64,000 bases of DNA from Candidatus Latescibacterota bacterium (GTDB lineage Bacteria > Latescibacterota > UBA2968 > GCA-2709665), in assembly GCA_963667175.2 (NCBI GenBank), contig CAXXXF010000015.1:768001-832000 (forward strand), written 5' to 3'. How positions within the stretch are numbered: position 1 is the first letter of the stretch; every line of letters begins with the position of its first letter. The position numbers were made by a program, and so were the translations under genes. Below, one piece after another: positions 21,430-30,761 of this stretch. Below the pieces are notes generated by a model. It was given only the letters and a program-made list of their open reading frames with translations. It had not been told where the DNA came from and searched no databases.

Positions 21430-21657
21430 ATCTCTCGCTTCCCAAAGAAAACTGGAACTTACATGGATGGACCTGCCTGCTGAGGCAGGCAGGATGAACA
21501 GGATAAAAGACCAAAAAGCGCGAGAAAAACACGACAAAGGCACGAGAAGACGAGAAAAGCACGAGAGAACGAGTAACGGCAGAATATTCGCCTGGACGCA
21601 GGAAGTGTCGCCCCTGAGAATGGGACGTAAACTGCCACGTTGCGGTACGGAAACCGG

Positions 21658-22734
21658 TTAATTCGACGCGCGGGGTTCATGTTGATACGCTTCCAACGTC
21701 TTCTCCGCAATCGATTCCCACGACAACGCTTTCGCCCGTTGAAACGCGCCTTCCGATATGGCCGGCAGGTCGCGCTCCCGGATTTCTTTCATGGCCCGCT
21801 CGAGCCCATCCCCGGCCCGGGCGTCGTATATGATTCCGGAGCGATCGTCCAGCAATTCCGGAAGACAGCCGATGCCGGGCGCGATAACCGGCCGCGCGAA
21901 AGACATCGCCGTGATCGCCGATCCGGAAGTCAGCATATCCACGAAAGGCAGCACCATCACGTCCGCCGCGTTAAAGAGGAGTTGGAGTTCCTCGTCAGGG
22001 AAGAACTCCGCCGTTTGCATGAGAATCCTCGGATCGCCGGCGCGCGCCCGGGCGACCACGTCCGCGCTGTATTCGCTGTTCACCTTGGCGGCTAGCAGCA
22101 ATCTCAGGCGTTCGCCCGGCAGACTCGAGAACACCTCGAGTAGCCGCTCGACGCCCTTATAGCGTTTCACGTTTCCGAAAAAAAGATAAACGAACCCGTC
22201 GGGGGCGATCCCCAACGCTCTCCTGGCCTCGACGCGCGACACGTTGTTCTCGTACGCGTCTATGAAATGTCCGTGAGGTATTGTAAATATGCTATGCGTC
22301 CGGTGAAAGTGCGCCGCCACCTGTCCGCGGCCGTACTCGCAGTGCACGATCAGGGCCGTCGCAATCTGCGTTATGGCGAGGCGCGCAAGGCGGTCCAGCC
22401 CCGGATGCGGACGTTCGTGTGGATACAGGTTGTGGACGGTCCACACCATTCTGTAACCCAATGAGCGCGCCCGGGTCAGGAGGCCGATCAAATCCGCACA
22501 CTTTTTGACGCTCTCGCCGGCATGGTCCGTGTTGTACATATAGGAGGGCCAGTTCAGGTGCAGAACGTCCACGCGTCCCCGGTTCTCCATTAACCACGAT
22601 TCGCTCAGATCCTCGTCGTATCCGGCTTCCAACTCCACCCCAAGCCCTGCCATCGCCCGGGCGAGCAACGGGCCGTAGGGGTTGTTCTTTTCGAATCCGA
22701 GCCCTGCCTTGCCCCAGTAGAATACCGCCCGCAT
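21658..22734 (-). CDS. Glycosyltransferase family 4 (GT-B)
   Basis: NPYGPLL, WTVHNLYPHE, FFGNVKRYKG, LTSGSAITAMSFARPVIAP. Confidence 0.9.
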   Translation of the reverse strand: MRAVFYWGKAGLGFEKNNPYGPLLARAMAGLGVELEAGYDEDLSESWLMENRGRVDVLHLNWPSYMYNTDHAGESVKKCADLIGLLTRARSLGYRMVWTVHNLYPHERPHPGLDRLARLAITQIATALIVHCEYGRGQVAAHFHRTHSIFTIPHGHFIDAYENNVSRVEARRALGIAPDGFVYLFFGNVKRYKGVERLLEVFSSLPGERLRLLLAAKVNSEYSADVVARARAGDPRILMQTAEFFPDEELQLLFNAADVMVLPFVDMLTSGSAITAMSFARPVIAPGIGCLPELLDDRSGIIYDARAGDGLERAMKEIRERDLPAISEGAFQRAKALSWESIAEKTLEAYQHEPRASN

Positions 22735-22798
22735 ACGTGTCTCCGTGTGAGCCGAATCTCTTCTCTGGCAGCGACGTCGGGAACCGGACGCTACTCCC

Positions 22799-24757
22799 CT
22801 ACAACAACACTCTCTTGACGGTCCGGCTCCACTGTTTCTGAAAGTACAGGTCTCCGTTCAAATATACGTTCAGTCCCAGGTTCATCACAAAACAATCCGC
22901 GTTGCTCGTAAGCGAACCGGTCGCTTCGGAACGCACGTCGCACCCCGGCCACGCCACCGTCGCCAGCTTTTTCGATCGGGTCCAGGCCTCTGCCGGCGCC
23001 CGGTTCGACACGCCCATCTCACCTTCTCCACCGAACAGAATGAACCGATACCTGTCTTCCAGCACGTCGTGTACCACCTGCCACGGCGCGTCGCCGGACC
23101 CTGTGGGTCTTGCCGCATGCGGCGAAGGTGAAAACGCAAACGCCGGATCGGCGCCGCCGTTCCATACCGGCAACTCGATCTTCGACGGGAATTCCGGTCC
23201 CCAGTGAACCGTGATCCGACCGGCCCGGGGCGTAGGCCAGACGTTCGGAAAATCCGATCCGTTGACGCTGATCCCGACCCGGAATCCCTCCCGGAATCGC
23301 CACGCTGTGGCTTCCATATGAAACGCAATCCGGGCGATCTCGCCCGAAACGAGGGGGACGGCGCGATCCATTCCCTCCCGCCGGGTCGAATTCAGTATCC
23401 CCTTTGTCACGAGCACGCTGGACCCATCCGGCGCAATCTCCAATAACCGGACCGCTACCGGTACCACGTCCACGTCGGAACTGATATACAGGCTGAACTT
23501 CGGGGACCCCAGGATCGACACGGGCTCCGCAAGGGGTGGTGACGCAAAGTTGATCGCCCGCGCCGAATCCTCCCGCTGGTCTCCCGGCAGCGTAAAGGGC
23601 GTCCCCCCGTCCCACAACCCCCCGTTTCGACACGCTGCCGGCAGGTAGGTTTCGGAAGCTTCTTTCGTCTCGATTGCGGGACCCTCGGCAAGCGCTCTGC
23701 CGTGAAGAAAGTACGTCCTGGGCGCCTGCCGCGGCAGATCGTCGGCCATCCGCCATTCCCCGGCAATCATGGTGCGATCCGTTACCGGTTCTTCAAATTC
23801 CCGTTGGTAAATCTGCACGGTGGGTTCGTCCGTTACGCCGTTATCCATTTGCTTCAGCCAGCAGTCCCACCAGCGCAGCAGTTCGTAGAAGACGTCGATA
23901 CGGGGCCCGCAGTGCGACTGGTCTCCGTAAGCATGAGACCACGGCCCCATCAGCAGGCGTTTGGGGGCGTCCAACGCGCGGAACACCCGCAACGGCGGCG
24001 TGGGGTATCCGTCGTGCCAGCCGCCAATCAACAGTGCCGCCGCGCGAATTCGATCGTAATGCCCGGAGATCGATCCCACCGCCCAATAGTCGTCCTCCAG
24101 CTGATGAGAAATCCACTTCAGCAGGTAGGGTTCGCTCTCCTCGAGCCGCTGCCGCCAGAGTTCGCTCCATCGAGCGCCAACGGCTTCACGGAACGGGGGC
24201 AGCCCGTTGCGCGCCACCATATTCAGGCCGTAGGTCAGCATGTCGTAAAAGCCGCGCAGGCATCCGCCCTTGTAATGACAGTCATCCGTATACCTTCTGT
24301 CCGTAAAATAGGCCGGCGCGATCGCTTTCAGCGCAGGCGGGGCCGCGGCCGCAACCTGGAGCGTCGTGAATCCGCTATAGGACGTTCCCAGCATCCCCAC
24401 GCTGCCGTCGCACCACGGCTGGTCCGCCAGCCAGGCGATGGCAGCGTACCCGTCCTGCGTTTCCTCCACCATATACTCATCCCTGCTCACCCCCTCCGAA
24501 TTGCCCGTCCCGCGCGCGTTCAAATAGACGAACGCATACCCCCGCTCCGCGAAATAACGGGCAATCGGCGCGGTGGACCCGTCCGCGCCGCCCCGGTACG
24601 GATCGTACCACACCAGCGCGGGAAACGCGTGATCGGACACCGGCCGGGTGATCGCCGCGCCCAGAGTGATCCCGTCGCGCGTTGGAATCCGATATCGATT
24701 GCTCGTGCGGAACCCGTACTGAGCAGGGGAGCAGATCCGTCTTTTCGAAATATCCAC
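22799..24757 (-). CDS. CocE/NonD family hydrolase (S15-like)
   Basis: RGTGNSEG, nucleophile elbow GTSYSG, GGWHDGY, GPWSH, PepX_C domain. Confidence 0.92.
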   Translation of the reverse strand: MDISKRRICSPAQYGFRTSNRYRIPTRDGITLGAAITRPVSDHAFPALVWYDPYRGGADGSTAPIARYFAERGYAFVYLNARGTGNSEGVSRDEYMVEETQDGYAAIAWLADQPWCDGSVGMLGTSYSGFTTLQVAAAAPPALKAIAPAYFTDRRYTDDCHYKGGCLRGFYDMLTYGLNMVARNGLPPFREAVGARWSELWRQRLEESEPYLLKWISHQLEDDYWAVGSISGHYDRIRAAALLIGGWHDGYPTPPLRVFRALDAPKRLLMGPWSHAYGDQSHCGPRIDVFYELLRWWDCWLKQMDNGVTDEPTVQIYQREFEEPVTDRTMIAGEWRMADDLPRQAPRTYFLHGRALAEGPAIETKEASETYLPAACRNGGLWDGGTPFTLPGDQREDSARAINFASPPLAEPVSILGSPKFSLYISSDVDVVPVAVRLLEIAPDGSSVLVTKGILNSTRREGMDRAVPLVSGEIARIAFHMEATAWRFREGFRVGISVNGSDFPNVWPTPRAGRITVHWGPEFPSKIELPVWNGGADPAFAFSPSPHAARPTGSGDAPWQVVHDVLEDRYRFILFGGEGEMGVSNRAPAEAWTRSKKLATVAWPGCDVRSEATGSLTSNADCFVMNLGLNVYLNGDLYFQKQWSRTVKRVLL

Positions 24758-24859
24758 CGGTCGTCCCTCACCTTTATATTGACAGCGCTATCCGGATTGT
24801 TTACCTACGTGTCCTGTCCCAAAAACAACCCGCCCAAAAACGCCTTGTTCGGAGATACG

Positions 24860-26689
24860 ATGCGTTACAGAAGCATGCGCCACTGCGTCGGGGACCTGGA
24901 AAAACACGGCCACCTCGTCCGCATCCCGGATGAAGTCGATCCGGATCTCGAAATGGCCGAAATTCACCGCCGCGTGTATCAGGCCCGCGGACCCGCCGTG
25001 TTTTACGAGAACGTCAAAGGCAGCGCCTTTCCGGCCGTGTCGAATCTCTTCGGCACCCTGGAACGGTCCCGCTTCATTTTTCGCTCCACGCTGAAGTGGG
25101 TCAGGCGACTGATCGAAATCAAAGCAGACCCGCCGGCATTTCTGAAAGCGCCGTGGAAAGCCGCGGGCATCGCCAGCATCGCGCTGAATATCCCGCCCCG
25201 AAGGGTCCGGTCCGGTCCCGTCCTCGAATGTATAACCACGATCGCCCGGCTCCCGCAAATCAGGTGCTGGCCGGACGACGGCGGCGCTTTCATCCTGCTT
25301 CCCCAGGTCTACACGGAAGATCCTCTGAATTCCGGTATCCTCAATTCCAACCTCGGGATGTACCGCATTCAGACATCGGGCAACCAATACGAACCAGACG
25401 GTGAAGTCGGGCTGCATTACCAGATCCGGCGGGACATCGGCATCCACCATACAAACGCCATCGCGAAAGGCGAGCCACTGCAGGTGAGCGTTTTCGTCGG
25501 CGGGCCGCCCGCGCACACGTTCGCCGCGGTGATGCCCCTTCCCGAAGGCCTGCCCGAAGTCGCGTTCGCGGGAGGGCTGGCTGGCCGGCGCTTCCGTTAC
25601 GCATCAAAAAACGGCTTCACCATATCCGCCGAAGCCGATTTCTGCATCACTGGCGTTGTGAATCCCGGCGAAACCCTGCCCGAAGGCCCGTTCGGCGACC
25701 ACCTGGGATATTACAGTCTGGCGCACGAGTTTCCCGTGCTGAACGTCGAAACCGTCTATCACCGCAAGGACGCGGTCTGGCCCTTCACTGTTGTGGGCCG
25801 CCCACCCCAGGAAGATACGGCGTTCGGAGAACTCATCCACGAATTGACGGGCCCGATGGTCCCCGTGGAGCTTCCCGGCCTGAAGGCCATCAACGCCGTC
25901 GACGCCGCCGGCGTCCACCCCCTGCTCCTGGCCATCGGCAGCGAGCGGTACGTGCCCTATCGCGACCGGGAACCCCAGGAGATCCTCACCATTGCCAACG
26001 CGCTGCTGGGGTTCGGCGCGTGCTCGCTCGCCAAATATCTGTTGATCGTCGCGGGCGAAGACAATCCGCAACTGGACGTTCATGACGTCGCGGACTTTCT
26101 ACGGCATCTCCTCGAACGCGTGGACTGGACTCGCGACCTCCATTTTCAGACCCGCACAACCATCGATACCCTGGACTATTCCGGCGCCGGGCTGAACGAA
26201 GGTTCCAAGGTGGTGGTCGCCGCGGCAGGCGCAAAAAGAAGGGATCTGTCCTCGGAACTTCCGGGAAATCTGGCCCTGCCCCACGAGTTAAGGAATCCAA
26301 GAGTCGCGCTTCCGGGGATCCTGGCGATAGAGGCGCCCCCGTTCGAGACGGATGCCGACGCAGAAACGGCTCAGCGGCTGACAACCGCGCTGGAATCCGT
26401 GGAACAGGTCCGGGGATTTCCATTGATCCTCTTCGTGGACGACGCCGACTTCACGGCGCGCACGCTGAACAACCTCCTGTGGGTCACGTTTACCCGGTCC
26501 AACCCGTCGCACGACGTTTACGGCGTCGGGAGTTTCATCGAAAACAAACACTGGGGCTGCCACGGTCCGCTGATCATCGACGCCCGCCTCAAGCCCCACC
26601 ATGCGCCGCCTCTGGTCGAAGACCCGGACGTCACCCGAAAAGTCGACCGCATGGGCGTACGCAACCGCCCGCTCCACGGCATCATTTGA
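24860..26689 (+). CDS. UbiD-family (prFMN-dependent) decarboxylase
   Basis: NLFGT, NLGMYR, EGPFGDHLGYY, VVGRPPQED, DTLDYSG. Real start is ATG 24860 after GGAG; the 995-aa track ORF is over-extended. Confidence 0.93.
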   Translation: MRYRSMRHCVGDLEKHGHLVRIPDEVDPDLEMAEIHRRVYQARGPAVFYENVKGSAFPAVSNLFGTLERSRFIFRSTLKWVRRLIEIKADPPAFLKAPWKAAGIASIALNIPPRRVRSGPVLECITTIARLPQIRCWPDDGGAFILLPQVYTEDPLNSGILNSNLGMYRIQTSGNQYEPDGEVGLHYQIRRDIGIHHTNAIAKGEPLQVSVFVGGPPAHTFAAVMPLPEGLPEVAFAGGLAGRRFRYASKNGFTISAEADFCITGVVNPGETLPEGPFGDHLGYYSLAHEFPVLNVETVYHRKDAVWPFTVVGRPPQEDTAFGELIHELTGPMVPVELPGLKAINAVDAAGVHPLLLAIGSERYVPYRDREPQEILTIANALLGFGACSLAKYLLIVAGEDNPQLDVHDVADFLRHLLERVDWTRDLHFQTRTTIDTLDYSGAGLNEGSKVVVAAAGAKRRDLSSELPGNLALPHELRNPRVALPGILAIEAPPFETDADAETAQRLTTALESVEQVRGFPLILFVDDADFTARTLNNLLWVTFTRSNPSHDVYGVGSFIENKHWGCHGPLIIDARLKPHHAPPLVEDPDVTRKVDRMGVRNRPLHGII

Positions 26690-26695
26690 AGTCTG

Positions 26696-28126
26696 TCAAT
26701 AGAGATCGTCCGCCGTTGTTGTCGCACACCACCGCGCGGTAAACAGCGCGTCCAGCAGGGCCTTCCGGGCGCCAGGCGTACCGATGCGTCGCAGGGCCAG
26801 CCCCGCGTAGAACCGGTTGTAGCGGTTCTCGTCCTCCAGCATCTCTACCAGGTCTCCAACCGCCGGATCTCCCGCCTCTCCGAGGTTGCAAAGCAACAGG
26901 GCCGCGTTGCGCCGTACCCGGTAGTCGGGATCCTTTACCGACCGGAACACCGCCGGCAGGACGTCCTCGGAGTCCGCCCCGATCGCGCGCAACGCTTCGA
27001 GCGCATTGCGACGGACCCACCAGTGATCGTCGCCAACCTTTTCGCTCAGGCCGGGCGCCGCGGCCTGAGCGTCCGGTCCCGTCCGGGCGAGCACGTCCGC
27101 CGCCATCGCGCGGACCCACCAGTGATCGTCCTCGATCATCTCCAGCAGCGCGGGCACAGCCGACCCGCCCATCGTGGACAATGCCCGAGCGGCCGCCCCC
27201 GGCGTGGGATTGGTCCCGTGCGCGTTGTCCGGCGTCTTTGCCGTCGTTTCCTCAATCGCAGCGAGTGTCTCCCTTCGCATCGCGGCGACCAGAACAGGGA
27301 TCGATGCCCTGTCATTCGCCAGCGCATATGCGGTATTGATGCGCACGCACTCGTCCTCGTCGAACAGTGCCGGTTCCTTCACGTCCCCGTTCACGTCTGC
27401 GCGTCCGTTGGCGCCGTGCCCCTGCAACCAGCGCCACACGTCCAGCGATTGGCCCGGATTGGCGTCTTCGCCGGGGGGCGTCCAGGCCTGCTGTTGGTTC
27501 CAGTTGGGCGCTCGCGGCGACCGCATGCGCGTGAACTGAAACTTCAGCATGTATCGTTTGTTGTCGCTCACGTTAGGCGTTGCCCGGTGCCAGGAGTCGA
27601 AATGCATCAACGTCACGATCCCGGCGTCGCCGCAGATGGCATGCCCGGGCTCGCGGGTCTCTGCCGGATTGGGGTCTGAAATGGACTTGTAATTCTGCAT
27701 GCGCGGAATTACGCCTGAAGGCCCCATATCTATTGTGGTGTCCTGAGGATAATAGAACGCCAATACCCACTGAAAACGCGGATGCCGGATATTGTGGTCG
27801 AAGACGTAGCAGTCCTTGTGCCAACTCTGTCCCCCGCTGCCCGGCGGATTCAGGTGGCAGTGCCGGTGCGGATTCATGATATAGTCGGGTCCGAGAAGAC
27901 TCGTCAATGCGCCGCGCACGACGGGCTGATCGAACACCTGTTGAATCCTTGGTACGCGCGGCAGAATATTGTTCCCGACGTTGCCTTCCTTTTCGAATAC
28001 GGTCTCGATCTCGTCGTAGATCTTGGCGTGCATATCGGAGATTGCATCCGTCTGTACAGTAATGTACCCATCCAGAATAAAGCGCTGTATCTGCGCGTCC
28101 GTCAGAAGATGATCGTTCTGCGCCAT
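26696..28126 (-). CDS. PhyH-family dioxygenase fused to HEAT repeats
   Basis: FILDGY, WHKD, SWHRA; C-terminal repeats DDHWWVRAMAADVL / DDHWWVRRNALEAL / DPDYRVRRNAALLL. Confidence 0.9.
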   Translation of the reverse strand: MAQNDHLLTDAQIQRFILDGYITVQTDAISDMHAKIYDEIETVFEKEGNVGNNILPRVPRIQQVFDQPVVRGALTSLLGPDYIMNPHRHCHLNPPGSGGQSWHKDCYVFDHNIRHPRFQWVLAFYYPQDTTIDMGPSGVIPRMQNYKSISDPNPAETREPGHAICGDAGIVTLMHFDSWHRATPNVSDNKRYMLKFQFTRMRSPRAPNWNQQQAWTPPGEDANPGQSLDVWRWLQGHGANGRADVNGDVKEPALFDEDECVRINTAYALANDRASIPVLVAAMRRETLAAIEETTAKTPDNAHGTNPTPGAAARALSTMGGSAVPALLEMIEDDHWWVRAMAADVLARTGPDAQAAAPGLSEKVGDDHWWVRRNALEALRAIGADSEDVLPAVFRSVKDPDYRVRRNAALLLCNLGEAGDPAVGDLVEMLEDENRYNRFYAGLALRRIGTPGARKALLDALFTARWCATTTADDLY

Positions 28127-28152
28127 GATTCGACCTCCTCGTACCTCGGCGT

Positions 28153-30009
28153 TCACCGCGTTGCCGTGGACCCCATCGCGGGAAGCTCCCGCGCCATATT
28201 CACCGCCTCGACCACCTGCTCAACCGTATAGAAGTCGCTCTTGAACACCTCATGTCCGCCGGGCGTATAGATAACAAGCAGCGGGATGGTCAACCGGCCG
28301 GTATTTCGGAGTTTTTCCTTGCCTGCCGGGTTATTGCCGGTTATATCCACCTTGACGGGCGCCACGTCGGGACGCGCCAGCAACGTTACCACTTCGGGAC
28401 TCTGAAGCACGTTGTGCTCGAGCACTTTGCAGTTCAGGCACCACTCCGCGGTGAAATCCATCACCACAACCTGGCCGTCCTCCAGCGCCTCTTCGAACCG
28501 CGCGGACGTATAGTAGATCCAGTCGATCGGTCCTTTGTCCGTAAACCGGATGGCGCCGACCGCGGAGAACACGACAAGCGCCGCGCCAAGACACCCGAAG
28601 ACCGCCCGCCGTCCGGTCCGGTCCGTGATCTGAAGCGTTCCGTAAACCAGCCAGAATCCCGCTGCCGCGCCAAACGCCATCACGGGCCACCAGTATCCCG
28701 TGCCCGGCGGGTCCGGAGGCGTGACGACAAGCGCGCTGAGTCCGACGCCCACGAAATAGGCCGCCGCCGCCAGCATCAACAGCCCCATCACCTGCTTGAT
28801 CAACTCGCTGGCCGGGCCCGTGCGGGGCATCCGCTCCACCAGCGCGGGGAAGATGGTCAGCGCAAGGTACGGCGCGGCCATCCCGCCGCCGATCGCGGCG
28901 AACGTCAGCAGCGTCGTCGCCGGAACCTGCGTGGCTGCCCACGCCGCCGCGGCGCCCATAAACGGCGCGGTGCATGGGGTGGAAAGTACCGCCGTCATGA
29001 TGCCGAACCCGAAAGAACCCGCGAGGCTGTCCGGTCCCGGATTGAACCGGTAGACCGCCTGCGGCAACCGGATATAGAACAACCCGCACATGCCCACCGC
29101 CATAGCGGCAATCATCAGTCCGACCAGGATCGTGAACGTCGGATACTGAAAGAGCTGGTTGGTTGCCGTAAATCCGCTGATGCCGGCGATCATCGTCCCA
29201 AGCGCCAGCCAGAAAGCCACGACGCCCAGCGACATGGTGGACCCCAGCACGAGACGCCGGGTCCGGTTGTCCGCGGACTGCGCCAGCCCGATGATCTTGA
29301 TGGGAATCACCGGAAGCACGCAGGGCGTCAGGTTCAGCAACCCACCGCCGAACGCGGCCACGAAGAGAAGCAGAATCAGACCTGCCCCGGACGACGTATC
29401 GATCAGGAACGTCCAGCCGAACAAATCGAAACGCACCCCGGTTTCTTCCGCCCCGGCGCCCGCCGACTCGTAATCTTCGAACAACGTGGAATTCATACGG
29501 TTTACGGGCTCGCTCGCGGCAACGACAGGCAGCGCCGCCTCCAGCACAACCGTATTCGGAATAAAGCAGGTAAATTCATCGCACGCCTGGTACTCGACCT
29601 CGAGTTTAAGCCGCTGCGATCCCGGCGGCGCCTCATCGCCCACCTTTATAGGAAGGTAAAACACCGTCCGGCCCTCGTACACCATGAGATCGCCGTCGGC
29701 ATAGTCTGCCTGTATCGGGCGGGGCTTCGGAAAGCGAACGGCTTCCAGCGTCAGCCCGTCTGCCGCCTCCAGGATTCGGACGTCAGAAGGATACGGTTCG
29801 AAATCGCCGACAGCCACCGCCTGCGCCGGATCGGGGTTGATATGAAATCCGTCGTCAATATCCACCACGATGGCCAGCGCCACGAGGTCGCCCGGACGGG
29901 CCGCGTCGACCGGCCAGGCCGTACTCACACTCACTTTTTCCTGTGCGTGACCGGGAGCGGCGGCAAATAGCAACGCGAACAACGGGGCCATCCAATCCGG
30001 CTTTGTCAT
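28153..30009 (-). CDS. dsbD: Thiol:disulfide interchange protein DsbD-like
   Basis: N-domain YQACDEFTC, TM domain LTPCVLP and STPCTAP, thioredoxin DFTAEWCLNC. Confidence 0.88.
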   Translation of the reverse strand: MTKPDWMAPLFALLFAAAPGHAQEKVSVSTAWPVDAARPGDLVALAIVVDIDDGFHINPDPAQAVAVGDFEPYPSDVRILEAADGLTLEAVRFPKPRPIQADYADGDLMVYEGRTVFYLPIKVGDEAPPGSQRLKLEVEYQACDEFTCFIPNTVVLEAALPVVAASEPVNRMNSTLFEDYESAGAGAEETGVRFDLFGWTFLIDTSSGAGLILLLFVAAFGGGLLNLTPCVLPVIPIKIIGLAQSADNRTRRLVLGSTMSLGVVAFWLALGTMIAGISGFTATNQLFQYPTFTILVGLMIAAMAVGMCGLFYIRLPQAVYRFNPGPDSLAGSFGFGIMTAVLSTPCTAPFMGAAAAWAATQVPATTLLTFAAIGGGMAAPYLALTIFPALVERMPRTGPASELIKQVMGLLMLAAAAYFVGVGLSALVVTPPDPPGTGYWWPVMAFGAAAGFWLVYGTLQITDRTGRRAVFGCLGAALVVFSAVGAIRFTDKGPIDWIYYTSARFEEALEDGQVVVMDFTAEWCLNCKVLEHNVLQSPEVVTLLARPDVAPVKVDITGNNPAGKEKLRNTGRLTIPLLVIYTPGGHEVFKSDFYTVEQVVEAVNMARELPAMGSTATR

Positions 30010-30212
30010 ATTCAGACGGCTCCTCGGGAATACGCCATCGTGAATGCCTGTTCTTTCGAGGTAAAGAAACGAAAAGTCGACCTGATGGCAACGCTTTTTT
30101 CTTTACAAACAGCGCGTGCCGGCCTTAATTTATGCCGAAAAATCGCCTTCCCGGCGGCCATGCCGTGCGCGTCAGATTTTCTGTCCCGATCCGCATTCGG
30201 AGATTCCCTTCC

Positions 30213-30761
30213 TTGCGTTTCCTTCGTGCCTACGTCGGCTTTGCGAACCGGTTGAACGAACGCATTGGCGTTGCCGTATCGTGGCTTACGACGGTTCTGG
30301 TGGCTGTCGTCTGCTACGACGTGTTTACGCGGTATCTGCTGAAAAGCAGCCTGGTGGCGGTGCAGGAACTGCAATGGCACCTGTTTGCGGTCATTTTCCT
30401 GATCGGTGCGGCCTATACTCTGAAACATGGCAAACATGTGCGCGTGGACGTCTTCTACAACCGCTTCTCCGCGAAGACCAGAGCATGGGTGGATTTCGTC
30501 GGCTGCCTGCTCTTTCTCATCCCCTTCTGCCTGGTCGCCATCTGGTGTTCCCACACCTTTGTCATTAACGCATTCGTTATCGGTGAAGGGTCGCCCGATC
30601 CCGGCGGTCTGCCCGCGCGGTTCATCCTCAAAGCCGCCATCCCCGCCGGCTTTTTTCTGCTGACCTTGCAGGGCCTGGCGCTGGCATTCGGTTCCCTGAT
30701 GAAGGTTGCCGGCAACGAAGCGATCGATTCCGAATCCGAACCCCGGGGGGCGGACACATGA
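30213..30761 (+). CDS. dctQ: TRAP transporter small permease
   Basis: ELQWHLF, GAAYTL, HVRVDVFY, GEGSPDPGGLP. Start uncertain (TTG 30213 or ATG 30132). Confidence 0.9.
   Translation: MRFLRAYVGFANRLNERIGVAVSWLTTVLVAVVCYDVFTRYLLKSSLVAVQELQWHLFAVIFLIGAAYTLKHGKHVRVDVFYNRFSAKTRAWVDFVGCLLFLIPFCLVAIWCSHTFVINAFVIGEGSPDPGGLPARFILKAAIPAGFFLLTLQGLALAFGSLMKVAGNEAIDSESEPRGADT

Noticed and set aside
23702-24859. 995-aa ORF suggesting a large N-terminal extension on UbiD
   Set aside because: The extension is the antisense shadow of the CocE/NonD gene; UbiD homology and an RBS begin at ATG 24860.
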